Shown piece by piece: positions 19,725-29,406 of a DNA stretch of 64,000 nucleotides. Both the position numbers and the translations under genes were made by a program. Each line of letters starts with the position of its first letter. Position 1 is the first letter of the stretch. Origin of the DNA: Candidatus Binataceae bacterium (GTDB lineage Bacteria; Desulfobacterota; Binatia; Binatales; Binataceae); NCBI GenBank assembly GCA_035541875.1, contig DATKML010000024.1:5030-69029 (forward strand), given 5' to 3'. The notes under the pieces are model-generated. The model saw only the letters and a list, made by a program, of their open reading frames with translations, was not told the DNA's origin and ran no database searches.

Positions 19725-20369
19725 CTAGGCCTTCGCCGATGCCTTGCGCGGGGCCGGACGCGACGCCGGTTTACTCAGCCGCAGTCCGCGATCCCACAGA
19801 AATTCGGGCTCGCCGAGCTGTTTGGCAATCCAGCGCGATTGCACAAACAGATGGTCGCTCAGCCTATTGATATAAATAATCACTTTTTCGCTGATTGGCT
19901 CTTCGCGCTTCGCTGCCCAGCAAACCCGCTCGGCACGCCGACAAACGGTACGCGCCTGATGGAGGAAGGCGTTGAGCACACCCCCGCCGGGCAGCGTGAA
20001 TGATTTCAGCGGTTCGAGTCCGCGCTGCATCCGATCCATCTCCTGTTCGAGCAGCTTGGTTTCTGCATCACCTACCTTGTGCATCCCTTCGTATTCGTCC
20101 TCGGGCGGCGTGGCGAGTTCACTGCCAACATCGAACAGTTCGTTTTGGATTCGTCGGAGCATCTCGGAATACCAGCCGAATTCCTTGCCCAGGCGGTCGC
20201 GAAAATCGGGCAAATAAGTTCGGACGATTCCGATAATCGCGTTCAATTCATCGATTGTGCCGTAGGCTTCGAGACGTCCCGATTCCTTGGGGACACGCTT
20301 GCCGCCAACCAGCGCGGTCAGTCCCTTGTCGCCGGTGCGGGTGTAGATCTTGGTCAGTCGTATCGGCAT
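19725..20369 (-). CDS. PduO-type ATP:cob(I)alamin adenosyltransferase
   Basis: N-terminal KIYTRTGDKGLT motif, with a Lys/Ala-rich C-terminal tail. Confidence 0.8.
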   Translation of the reverse strand: MPIRLTKIYTRTGDKGLTALVGGKRVPKESGRLEAYGTIDELNAIIGIVRTYLPDFRDRLGKEFGWYSEMLRRIQNELFDVGSELATPPEDEYEGMHKVGDAETKLLEQEMDRMQRGLEPLKSFTLPGGGVLNAFLHQARTVCRRAERVCWAAKREEPISEKVIIYINRLSDHLFVQSRWIAKQLGEPEFLWDRGLRLSKPASRPAPRKASAKA

Positions 20370-20806
20370 CAGAGCCCGGCCTTAGTGCGAAGCGCCTGAT
20401 AAGCGTTATCGCCGAGTTCATGGGAAATCGGCAGGTTGGAGTCCTCCCATCCTTTGACTGCGATATTCCCGCTGGCGTCACGGGCGCCTCCGTAACCGCC
20501 GCGCACGTTGGTGAGGTCCGCATAGCCGGCTTGCTCCAGCTCCTCGCAAGCGCGCTGTGAGCGGGCGCCGGAGCGGCATCCGACGATGAGCTTGGTCTCT
20601 TTCGGCAAAAGCTTGCTCACGACGGCAAGGAAATCCGGATTTTGCTGCGGATTCCCGGGAATCATGAACATCAGGGGAACATTTATCGCTCCGGCGGGAT
20701 AGCCCGCGGCGAATTCGTCTTCGGTGCGGACGTCCAGATAGACCGCATCGGGATTGGACTTGAGAAGCGCAGCCGCCTCGGACGGTTCAACCTGTTTGAT
20801 AGCCAT
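20369..20806 (-). CDS. Rhodanese-domain sulfurtransferase
   Basis: Active-site loop CRSGARS. Start chosen at the internal Met (MAIKQ) with AGGAAA upstream. The stop overlaps the PduO-type gene start (ATGA). Confidence 0.7.
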   Translation of the reverse strand: MAIKQVEPSEAAALLKSNPDAVYLDVRTEDEFAAGYPAGAINVPLMFMIPGNPQQNPDFLAVVSKLLPKETKLIVGCRSGARSQRACEELEQAGYADLTNVRGGYGGARDASGNIAVKGWEDSNLPISHELGDNAYQALRTKAGL

Positions 20807-20971
20807 GGCTTTTCCTTTCGTGACCGCAGGCTCGTAAAAATCAGTTGCCGCCCAGCTTACCACGAAGCCCGCGATGGGGCAGTTATGATTGCGAAGGGGA
20901 TTTGAAGCTGCGAGACCCAAAGCTCAGCCTCGCAGGAAGCAGCAATCGAGCAGGGTTCATTCGACCGGTTC

Positions 20972-21253
20972 TTACGCCTTGCGCTGAAGCGAGAACTCTT
21001 CCATCAGCTTGGCGGCGCGATCCTGTGCAGATGACATCCTTTGCGTGCGCAGAAAGAATTGCACGACATCTTCGTAAGCGGCCTGACCCGCTGGATTCGC
21101 GACCTCGACCAGCTCTTCGATCAGACTCGGGAATTTCTCGCCCGGAATATAGTAATTCGCCCAGCCAAAGTTGCAGTAGCGATGGAGAATCTTGGCGATC
21201 GTCTTTTCCAGCGATTCGCGCCGGTTACTGCTGCTCTCTTCGTTTTGTGCCAA
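20972..21253 (-). CDS. Hypothetical protein (93 aa)
   Basis: Globular-looking composition, and no better ORF overlaps it. Confidence 0.35.
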   Translation of the reverse strand: MAQNEESSSNRRESLEKTIAKILHRYCNFGWANYYIPGEKFPSLIEELVEVANPAGQAAYEDVVQFFLRTQRMSSAQDRAAKLMEEFSLQRKA

Positions 21254-21356
21254 CGTACCCCTCTCGGTCTTAAACTGTTTCGATGAAAAAGTTATCGCAC
21301 CCCGCGACGCGATGCGGCAAGCCCTAGCATTCGCCGAATCTTTGACGTTCGAATCG

Positions 21357-22268
21357 TCAGGCTGATTTTTCGAGCTTTGGCGGCGTGCGCGCCTCGGGCT
21401 CCTCAGCCCACAGCAGCTTCTGATAATCGAAGCGGGTGCTCTCGATAACGTTGTATTTCACGATCGCAAAATAGGGCGAGAGGTCAAAGTCCCGCGGGCT
21501 GATAAGCGTGGGAGATACCATCCGCAGCAGTCCCGGCGGCCGATGGTTGTCGCGGACGCCGGTGAAGCGCTCCAGCAAGCTCACCACTTTCTTCATCGGC
21601 TCGAAGCCCTCAGGGAACGGCTCGTACCGAGGAACGACCGGAAAACGCACCCGCATAAAGCACTCGGCGATAAGACTCGAACAGATCACCCGCGTCGGGT
21701 CACCGCTGCCGAAGTGCAGCGCCTGTTTACGCCATCGAGCGGGCACCATATGCACCGGCAGGAAATAGCGCGCCAGGTCGAAGATATTCTTGAAATCGTA
21801 TTGTTGGCCGACGTGTTCCATTGCATAGTCGACGACCTGCTTTTGATCGGTTGCGGTGAGTCCGTGTGGCCGGCAGAGACGTAGATTGAAACTGGCGTAC
21901 TTGCTGATGGGCGACAGAACGACACCTTGCTCGACCAGCGCTTCGACCATCAGATGCTGCGCGTCGTCACCATACTTAGCGATCAACTCCGCCTTCAGTT
22001 CGGGACTCCGGCGCAGCGGTTCGTCGCCGACGTAGAGGGCGGAATGTGACCAGCAGCTTTGCGTCAGGTACTTGATACATTCGCTGACCCGCTCGTTACC
22101 CTCAACGAGGATGACGTCGCCCTTGCGCAGACAGCGCTTCAGAGCCGTCATATCGTTCGGGATAGTCAGCGTGTAGCGAGCGATCGGCTTGGTCAGCAGT
22201 TTGACCGCCAGGCTCGACAGTTTGCCGAGAAGGTAGGGGAACGGATTAAGCCTGCCGAGGTACGACAT
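21357..22268 (-). CDS. YiiX/YaeF-like permuted papain-fold (C92) amidase family protein
   Basis: GDVILVEGNERVSECIKYLTQSCWSHSALYVG and YDFKNIF...VICSSLIAECF match the permuted NlpC/P60-like pattern. Confidence 0.5.
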   Translation of the reverse strand: MSYLGRLNPFPYLLGKLSSLAVKLLTKPIARYTLTIPNDMTALKRCLRKGDVILVEGNERVSECIKYLTQSCWSHSALYVGDEPLRRSPELKAELIAKYGDDAQHLMVEALVEQGVVLSPISKYASFNLRLCRPHGLTATDQKQVVDYAMEHVGQQYDFKNIFDLARYFLPVHMVPARWRKQALHFGSGDPTRVICSSLIAECFMRVRFPVVPRYEPFPEGFEPMKKVVSLLERFTGVRDNHRPPGLLRMVSPTLISPRDFDLSPYFAIVKYNVIESTRFDYQKLLWAEEPEARTPPKLEKSA

Positions 22269-22391
22269 TACTGACCCGCGCTGAGCGTTATTCTAACTCC
22301 GCCCGCCTCAATAAAAATATAATTATCGAAGGGCGCAACGGTGGGCTGCTCGCCCACCGAGGGTCCCCAGGTACGCGGGGGAGACAATCAC

Positions 22392-23507
22392 TCAGCCGCT
22401 GAAACCGCCAACGATCCCGTAAAAGGGGACCTGCAGAACCGGCTGACCCGGGTCGTCGGTCTTGATTTCGATCGCACCGCGCAGGGTGCCGTCGGGTGAG
22501 TTTGCCGTCAGCTCGAGCGTGAGTTTGTACTCTTTGCCAGGTTTCATCGGCTCGATCGTCGCAGTGACGATCGGATTGTTGCTTCTCGCGTCGAGCAGAT
22601 TAACCGGCTTGTCGCCCGCATTGATCACGCGCGCAAATTGCACCGCTCCAGCGCGATGCTTCACGATACCGAACGAGACCTGGGGCGGCGCCACGCTGAT
22701 ATCGCCCACGACATTCGCGTAGACCGGTATCGTGACGGGTGCGATATTGCTGGCGACCTTAACCGTATCGCTGAGGCTAGCCGCCGGCGCACTCTTGCTC
22801 AGGGTAAAGGTCAATGCGGCTCCAGGCTTGCCGTCAGTCCGCGGTTGCTGGGTCACCTTGAGGTTGGGACTCGAATTCGTGATCGACGTGATCTTGAAAT
22901 CCTTGTCACCCATCAGGTCGGTTACGAGCACCTGACGTGATACCTCGGTACCGTGCTTCACTTTGTCGAAGACCACCGGTGAAGGATTCGCGTCGACTTT
23001 GACCTTGACGTCGCCCTTGATCGTAAACGCGATCTGCTTGTGCGCGGGATCATTCGTATGGACCGTGATCACGCGCTGCGACGGCCCCTTGTCTGCGCTC
23101 GTATCGAAGATAGCCGCGATTTCGGAGCTGTCGCCTGCGGCCACCTGCCGCTTCGTCGGTTCTGCGACGGTACATCCGCAGGACGTCTGGACTGCCCCGA
23201 TACTTAAAGTGCCTGGCCCGGCATTCTCGATCCGAAAGGTGTGTTTGACCTGGGCACCTTGAAAGACCGATCCGAAATCGAAGGTCGTCTCGGTGGTCTT
23301 GGCTGACGGGGTTCCATGGGAACCGTTTACGAGCTGCGAGAGACCGCCGCTATCGGAATCCGACGAAAGCCCTCCGGGGAGCTGGAGCGGCGCGTTATCT
23401 GATGACTCCGCGAAGCCGCGCGGTGCGTGGGCGATAAGGCCCAACGTAACCGCGCCGACAAGAGCGAAGGAGACGCGACGATAAGGGAACAAACTGCGAC
23501 GATTCAC
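22392..23507 (-). CDS. Secreted DUF1573 repeat protein
   Basis: Signal peptide followed by Ig-like repeats. The first carries FDFGSVFQGAQVKHTFRIENAGPGTLSI...SCGCTV (DUF1573 SCGC signature). Confidence 0.65.
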   Translation of the reverse strand: MNRRSLFPYRRVSFALVGAVTLGLIAHAPRGFAESSDNAPLQLPGGLSSDSDSGGLSQLVNGSHGTPSAKTTETTFDFGSVFQGAQVKHTFRIENAGPGTLSIGAVQTSCGCTVAEPTKRQVAAGDSSEIAAIFDTSADKGPSQRVITVHTNDPAHKQIAFTIKGDVKVKVDANPSPVVFDKVKHGTEVSRQVLVTDLMGDKDFKITSITNSSPNLKVTQQPRTDGKPGAALTFTLSKSAPAASLSDTVKVASNIAPVTIPVYANVVGDISVAPPQVSFGIVKHRAGAVQFARVINAGDKPVNLLDARSNNPIVTATIEPMKPGKEYKLTLELTANSPDGTLRGAIEIKTDDPGQPVLQVPFYGIVGGFSG

Positions 23508-23531
23508 CTTGGAAACTGGATATGATTTCCG

Positions 23532-24911
23532 TTACGACGCTTTCGCGAGTCGCGGAGCCATCGGTGGCGCCACCTCGTCGTATCGTTTGAGGAAGTTGGT
23601 TGAGAAATTGCCTGCGACGAAATCGCGATCCTCGAGGATCTTCAGATGAAGTGGGATATTCGTCTTGATTCCATCGATCTGGTACTCGTGCAACGCCGCT
23701 TTCGCACGGTTGATAGCGAGTTCGCGGGTCTCTGCGTGCACGATAATCTTTGCGATCAGCGGGTCGTAGTGCACAGGTACGCGATAACCGTCATAGAGCG
23801 CGGTTTCGACCCGCACGCCGAGTCCACCGGGCGAATGATGACTGCTGACGACGCCTGGCGACGGCAGATGGGTATCGGGATCTTCCGCATACACGCGGAA
23901 CTCAATCGCTGAGCCTTCGAAATGGACCTGGCGCTGCTTGAGCCGCAACGGCTTGCCCGCAGCAATCTCGATACTCTCCTTAACCAAGTCGATACCGGTG
24001 ACCATCTCGGTCACGCCATGCTCGACCTGGATACGGGTGTTCATCTCGATAAAGTAAAACTCACCGTTCGGAGCGAGCAGGAACTCGACCGTGCCGACGT
24101 TGGAGTAGCCGACGACCTGCGCGGCACGGACTGCCGCTTTGCCCATCCGATCGCGCAGACGGGGTGTCATTACAGGGCAGGGCGCTTCTTCGAGCACCTT
24201 CTGATGGCGCCGCTGAATCGAGCAATCGCGCTCACCCAGATGGATCGCGTTGCGGTTGTTATCGGCCAAGATCTGGAACTCGACGTGACGAGCATTCTCG
24301 AGGAATTTTTCGAGATACATCGTGCGCGAACCAAAGGCGGCTTCGCTCTCGGCGCGGGCGAGCGGGAAGAGCTTCGCCAGTTCGGCGTCGTCGCGCACGA
24401 CACGCATCCCCTTGCCGCCGCCGCCGGCCGCGGCCTTGATCAGCACCGGATAGCCGAGCCGTTTCGCGTCGGCCTGCGCGTCGCGTAGTTCAGTGACGCC
24501 GGTGCCTTCGCTGCCCGGAAGCACCGGAACCCCGGCTCGCTTCATGATGCGGCGAGCACGTGGCTTATCGCCCATCAGGCGTATATGACGCGCGCGTGGT
24601 CCGACGAAATTGACGCCCGATTTGCTGCAGGCTTCGGCAAAATCGCCGTTTTCGGAGAGGAAGCCGTACCCCGGATGCACCGCGTCGGCACCGTAGGTCA
24701 GCACCGCGCTCATGATCGACGGGATACTCAGATAGCTGTCTTCAGCGGCGGGCGGCCCGATACAAACCGATTCGTCGGCCATCCGCACGTGGAGCGCATC
24801 CTTGTCGGCGGTCGAATGGACCGCGATTGTTGCTATACCAAGCTCGCGGCACGCGCGAATAATTCGAATTGCGATCGTCCCGCGATTTGCCACCAGCAGT
24901 TTCTTGAACAT
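23532..24911 (-). CDS. accC: Acetyl-CoA carboxylase biotin carboxylase subunit
   Basis: KLLVANRGTIAIRIIRACRELGI and the rest of the ATP-grasp domain, 459 aa. Confidence 0.92.
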   Translation of the reverse strand: MFKKLLVANRGTIAIRIIRACRELGIATIAVHSTADKDALHVRMADESVCIGPPAAEDSYLSIPSIMSAVLTYGADAVHPGYGFLSENGDFAEACSKSGVNFVGPRARHIRLMGDKPRARRIMKRAGVPVLPGSEGTGVTELRDAQADAKRLGYPVLIKAAAGGGGKGMRVVRDDAELAKLFPLARAESEAAFGSRTMYLEKFLENARHVEFQILADNNRNAIHLGERDCSIQRRHQKVLEEAPCPVMTPRLRDRMGKAAVRAAQVVGYSNVGTVEFLLAPNGEFYFIEMNTRIQVEHGVTEMVTGIDLVKESIEIAAGKPLRLKQRQVHFEGSAIEFRVYAEDPDTHLPSPGVVSSHHSPGGLGVRVETALYDGYRVPVHYDPLIAKIIVHAETRELAINRAKAALHEYQIDGIKTNIPLHLKILEDRDFVAGNFSTNFLKRYDEVAPPMAPRLAKAS

Positions 24912-24955
24912 ATTAGGTCTCCCGCCAGCCTGCTGTACTCACCTTAACAGGCGGC

Positions 24956-25444
24956 TCAGCCAACCTCGATCACTACCAAGGGCTGTCCATACTCGACCGG
25001 TTGCGCATTCTCACAAAGGACCTTCACGACGCGCCCGGCCACCTCGGCCTCGATCTCGTTCATCATCTTCATCGCTTCGATAATGCAAAGTGTCTGCCCC
25101 TTGCGCACGGAGTCGCCTTCTTCAACAAAGGGGGCGGCATCCGGCGATGAGGCACGATAGAACGTCCCCACCATCGGGCTCGTTATCAACCGCTCATTCT
25201 CGGCTAATTCGACGGCGATCGGCTTGCTTGAATCGCGGGCCGCCGGGGCGCGTACATGTCGCGCAGGCGTCGGCAATACGGGTGCCGCCGGTTGGGGTGA
25301 TGGTGCCGGAGTGCTGGCGAAGCTCTGTCCGGCACCGGCTCGTACTAGCCGTACTTTGCCCTTTTTCTTGTCGTCGATTTCGAGTTCGACCAGCTCATAC
25401 TCGCGCATCAGCGCGAGCAATGCCTTGATTTCTCGTGTTTCCAT
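24956..25444 (-). CDS. accB: Acetyl-CoA carboxylase biotin carboxyl carrier protein
   Basis: C-terminal [12 protein letters not shown] biotinyl-lysine motif. Start set at METREIK (ATG 25444) to avoid overlap with aroQ. Confidence 0.88.
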   Translation of the reverse strand: METREIKALLALMREYELVELEIDDKKKGKVRLVRAGAGQSFASTPAPSPQPAAPVLPTPARHVRAPAARDSSKPIAVELAENERLITSPMVGTFYRASSPDAAPFVEEGDSVRKGQTLCIIEAMKMMNEIEAEVAGRVVKVLCENAQPVEYGQPLVVIEVG

Positions 25445-25487
25445 CCCAGTCCCACTTGCCGCACGACGGCGGCCCGCACCTCTTCCG

Positions 25488-25988
25488 CTAGTTTGCACTG
25501 GCTCGCGCCGCTACTATCCCGACGGCGGCGCGCAAGGCGAGCACGTAACTCTCCGCGCCGAAGCCCATGATACGTCCTTCCGCCACGTCGGCAATCGTCG
25601 AGTGATGGCGGAACGGCTCGCGCTTATAGACGTTGGACAGATGCACTTCGATTGTCGGAACGTCGACTGCACCGATCGCATCGCGGATCGCAACGCTCGT
25701 ATGCGTGTAGGCGGCCGGGTTGATAATCAGAACGTCGACGCGACCACGGGCCGCCTGAATCCGATCGACGATCTCACCCTCATTATTCGATTGGAAAGTC
25801 TTAACACTCAAGCCCAACTCCCGCCCGAGTTCAACCAGGCGCCGGTCGATATCCTTGAGCGTAGTTCGTCCGTAAATCTTGGGCTCGCGGGTTCCGAGCA
25901 GATTCAGGTTCGGACCGTGCACCACCAGCACTACCGGCTCGCGCCGCTGTGCCGCCGCGTCCGCAACGTCCTTGGTTTTCGTCGCCAT
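25488..25988 (-). CDS. aroQ: Type II 3-dehydroquinate dehydratase
   Basis: [17 protein letters not shown]...[17 protein letters not shown], in the classic aroQ-accB-accC arrangement. Confidence 0.9.
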   Translation of the reverse strand: MATKTKDVADAAAQRREPVVLVVHGPNLNLLGTREPKIYGRTTLKDIDRRLVELGRELGLSVKTFQSNNEGEIVDRIQAARGRVDVLIINPAAYTHTSVAIRDAIGAVDVPTIEVHLSNVYKREPFRHHSTIADVAEGRIMGFGAESYVLALRAAVGIVAARASAN

Positions 25989-26228
25989 CCCTTATGGCAT
26001 TGAATCTGAGGCCATATAGGGTTTCAAGCGCGCCATCCACAACTATTAGACGTAGCAGCCAGGAAGATGTCTTCCGAGCGCCCGTTCTCTTGAGGCAAAT
26101 GAGAAGCGAAGAATGGCGAAACTAGGACGATCAATAGCTAGCGTAAATTTCCTGCTATCGCTTCGGGATGTTTATAGCTAACATAGCCCTCGTAAACGCT
26201 AATAATTACTCGATTCAAATAGAGAACT

Positions 26229-27098
26229 ATGACCGCAATCGCTCAGCCTGCTTTAATCAAACGAATCGACCCCGATGCCGCACCGGCGCAGTCGCCAGGT
26301 TTAAACCTTGTCGCGCGGGTAGCGTTGTGGACGATTCTTGCGTTTGCGGCTTGTTCGCTCGCACGAGTCCTCATGGAAGGGTCAGTTTTCACGCAATTCA
26401 CGTCGAGCCATCCCCAAGCCTTTTCGAAGAACCAGAAGCGTCAGATGGTGTTCGCTGAAAGCCGACGACCGGCGTCGGCTTCTAGCGCGCATTCCTCGTC
26501 GCGGAAGGTAAAGGGCCCTGCGCCGCACTTCGCATCAGCGGGAAGCCGCCAGGTTGAGGTCGGCGAGGTTCATCGCGACCCAATTGCTCCGTTGCAGGCA
26601 GCCGGAGGGCTCGAGTATCAGGACGCAGCCGGATGGCTCTCGTTCCATCTGGGATATTACGAGGCGGCCGCATCATATCTTTCCGAGGCGATTCAGAAGA
26701 ACCCACGCGACGGTCGCGCCTACGATCAGCGTGCTGAAGTCTATCAACGGACCGGAAAGCCGACGCTCGCGATCACTGATTACGAACATGCACTGATGAT
26801 CGATCCGAAAGACGGCATAGCGATGCAGCGGCTCGCCTGGCTGATGGCGAGTTCACATGCCGGCCGCGATCACAAACGGGCGATTACTCTTGCTCAAGAG
26901 GCCTGTAATCTTACCCAATGGAAGGACGCCAAGGCGGTCGAAACTTTGGCTGCCGCTTATGCCTCCGCCGGTGCTTTCGAAAAGGCAATCGCAATCCAAG
27001 GTCAGGCGCTCGCTTTGCAACATGACGCATCGCAGGCAGCGGCTCGGTTAGCTCTCTACGCACAGCATCGGACAATCGAAGGGAAGCCTGCCCTTTAG
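26229..27098 (+). CDS. Tetratricopeptide repeat protein with an N-terminal membrane/signal segment
   Basis: Several TPR-like helical repeats (AIQKNPRDGRAYDQRAEVYQRTGK...). Confidence 0.6.
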   Translation: MTAIAQPALIKRIDPDAAPAQSPGLNLVARVALWTILAFAACSLARVLMEGSVFTQFTSSHPQAFSKNQKRQMVFAESRRPASASSAHSSSRKVKGPAPHFASAGSRQVEVGEVHRDPIAPLQAAGGLEYQDAAGWLSFHLGYYEAAASYLSEAIQKNPRDGRAYDQRAEVYQRTGKPTLAITDYEHALMIDPKDGIAMQRLAWLMASSHAGRDHKRAITLAQEACNLTQWKDAKAVETLAAAYASAGAFEKAIAIQGQALALQHDASQAAARLALYAQHRTIEGKPAL

Positions 27099-27222
27099 CT
27101 TCGGGCAACAAACGAAGGAACGCCACGCCGACGACAAAGTTCGTGTGGCGTGTTTCATTTGAGCTGACACCATCAGCCAGCTATCGTGCTGCGCGAAACC
27201 CTCGCTCGATTGGAGCCGTCCG

Positions 27223-28389
27223 ATGCCGACGAAAGAACGCTTTACTGTTGCCATTCCCGACGCAGCGCTTGCCGATTTGAAGGATCGCCTCGCACGAACC
27301 CGCTTTCCGGGCGACTTCGGGAATCCCAACTGGGAGTATGGCACCAACACGGCTTATCTGAAGGAGCTGGTCGAGTACTGGCGGACCCAATACGACTGGC
27401 GCAAGGTCGAGCGCCAGATTAACAGCTACGCCAACTACAAGACTGAGATCGACGGCGTTCCAATCCACTTCATCCACGAGCCTGGCAAGGGGCCGAATCC
27501 GATACCGCTAATCCTTACCCACGGATGGCCATGGACGTTCTGGGATCTCCATAAGGTGATTCGTCCGCTCGCTGATCCGGCGTCCTACGGCGACGATCCG
27601 AAAGACGCTTTCGACGTCGTCGTGCCGTCGCTACCCGGCTACGGCTTCTCCACGCCACTGACCAAGACTGGAGTGAATTACTGGACCACGGCGGATCTGT
27701 GGGTGAAGCTGATGCAGGACGTGCTCGGCTACAAGAAGTTTGCAGCCGAGGGCGGCGATTGGGGCGCGATTATCACCGAGCAACTGGGCCACAAACACGC
27801 CGACAAGCTGATCGGTATCTATCTCCATCTGCTGATCCAACTCACGCTTTTTGGCGAGGGTGGTCCCAAGCCCGAAGATTTCGGACCCGGTGAAGAAGGA
27901 TGGGCTGAGCGCGGCAAGCACTTCTTCGAAGAGGAATCGGGTTATTCCGCAATCCAGATGACCAAGCCGCAGACGGTCGCAAGCGCTCTCAACGATTCAC
28001 CGGCGGGACTCGCCGCATGGCTGGTCGAGAAGCGGCGCACCTGGAGCGATTGTGGCGGTGACATCGAGAAGCGCTTCTCGAAGGACGATCTCTGCACAAC
28101 GGCAACGATCTATTGGCTCACTGAGAGTTATGGCACCTCGGCGCGCTATTACTACGAGGCCGTGCACAATCCCTGGAAGCCATCGCATAACCGCACGCCG
28201 ATCGTCGAAGCTCCGACCGGTGCCGGCGTGTTTTTGAAGGAAGTCTTTCTAATGCCGCGTAAGTGGGCGGAACGCTATCTGAATCTGAAGCGCTGGACGA
28301 TCATGCCCTCGGGCGGCCACTTCGCACCGATGGAAGAACCGCAAGTCCTAATCGACGATATCCGCGCGTTCTTTCGCACACTGCGCTGA
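27223..28389 (+). CDS. Epoxide hydrolase (microsomal-EH-like alpha/beta hydrolase with EHN domain)
   Basis: N-terminal EHN region (TVAIPDAALADLKDRLARTRFP), the HGWPWTFWD oxyanion region and an alpha/beta-hydrolase core. Confidence 0.8.
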   Translation: MPTKERFTVAIPDAALADLKDRLARTRFPGDFGNPNWEYGTNTAYLKELVEYWRTQYDWRKVERQINSYANYKTEIDGVPIHFIHEPGKGPNPIPLILTHGWPWTFWDLHKVIRPLADPASYGDDPKDAFDVVVPSLPGYGFSTPLTKTGVNYWTTADLWVKLMQDVLGYKKFAAEGGDWGAIITEQLGHKHADKLIGIYLHLLIQLTLFGEGGPKPEDFGPGEEGWAERGKHFFEEESGYSAIQMTKPQTVASALNDSPAGLAAWLVEKRRTWSDCGGDIEKRFSKDDLCTTATIYWLTESYGTSARYYYEAVHNPWKPSHNRTPIVEAPTGAGVFLKEVFLMPRKWAERYLNLKRWTIMPSGGHFAPMEEPQVLIDDIRAFFRTLR

Positions 28390-28398
28390 ACCGTTAGT

Positions 28399-29286
28399 TC
28401 AATCCCCCTTCTCTTTAGAGAGGGGGGCGGGGGGTAGGTCCGATCGCAACGCCCGCTGATATACATCCCGGCGGCGGGCGCCAGTCAGCTTCGCGATCAC
28501 CTCGCTCGCGTCCTTAAGGCTCAATCCGCGATCGCGCAGCAGCACCATCGCCGTGGCTTCATCGAAGCCGCTCTTGCTCACCGATTCGGCGTGCGTTTCG
28601 ATTGCTCCCGCCACGACGATGGTGACTTCGCCGAGCGGTTCTTGCGCAGTAAAGCGGGCGAGCAACTCCGCAAGCGATCCGCGTGCGACTTCCTCATAGG
28701 TTTTGGTCAGTTCACGCGTGACCACAGCGTTACGATCGGCTCCAAAAACTTCGATCATCGTCTCCAGCGTTTCGATCAAGCGCCGCGCCGCCTCGTAAAA
28801 GACAATCGTGCGTGACTCTGATCGCAGCCGCTCCAATGCGCGTTTGCGGTCGCCCGCTTTCGCGGGGAGGAAACCTTCGAAGACGAAACGATCGGTGGGT
28901 ATTCCCGCAATCGATAGCGCGGCGATCACTGCCGAAGGCCCGGGCACAGCGCTCACGCGGATTCCTGCGCTGATCGCGGCTTGTACCAGTCGATAGCCAG
29001 GGTCGGAGATCGCAGGCGTACCCGCGTCGGCGACGAGTGCGATCGTTTCGCCGGCTTCCATCCGCGCGATCAGCTCGGGAATGCGCCGCGCCTCATTATG
29101 CTCGAAGTAACTTACCATCGGGGTGGTGATCTGATGCTCGGTGAGCAACCGGCCTGTGCGTCGGGTATCTTCGCAAGCGATCGAATCGGCCTCACGCAGG
29201 ACACGGATCGCGCGCGCACCGATATCTTCGGCGTTGCCGATCGGCGTCGCGACGACGTAGAGGGTTCCGATGGATTGGGTCTTCAA
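28399..29286 (-). CDS. rsmI: 16S rRNA (cytidine1402-2'-O)-methyltransferase
   Basis: GTLYVVATPIGNAEDIGARAIRVLREADSIACEDTRRTGRLL is the RsmI tetrapyrrole-methylase-fold signature. Confidence 0.88.
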   Translation of the reverse strand: MKTQSIGTLYVVATPIGNAEDIGARAIRVLREADSIACEDTRRTGRLLTEHQITTPMVSYFEHNEARRIPELIARMEAGETIALVADAGTPAISDPGYRLVQAAISAGIRVSAVPGPSAVIAALSIAGIPTDRFVFEGFLPAKAGDRKRALERLRSESRTIVFYEAARRLIETLETMIEVFGADRNAVVTRELTKTYEEVARGSLAELLARFTAQEPLGEVTIVVAGAIETHAESVSKSGFDEATAMVLLRDRGLSLKDASEVIAKLTGARRRDVYQRALRSDLPPAPLSKEKGD

Positions 29287-29406
29287 CTCATTCGTCCCGA
29301 TCGACGCTTCTAGCAGCCGTTCTCTACCAGACGATAGAGGCGGAAAGAAAAACGGGGGCGCCCGATGGGCACCCCCGCTGGTTTAGCAATCGGAAACCCG
29401 ATGCGC

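Noticed and set aside
25224-26003. 259-aa plus-strand ORF
   Set aside because: Antisense to the well-supported aroQ and accB genes. High-GC shadow ORF.
28405-28432. Hairpin CCCCCTTCTC/GAGAGGGGG as a bidirectional terminator between the epoxide hydrolase gene and rsmI
   Set aside because: It lies inside the 3' coding tail of rsmI as called. It may function as a terminator only if rsmI ends earlier, which cannot be decided from sequence alone.
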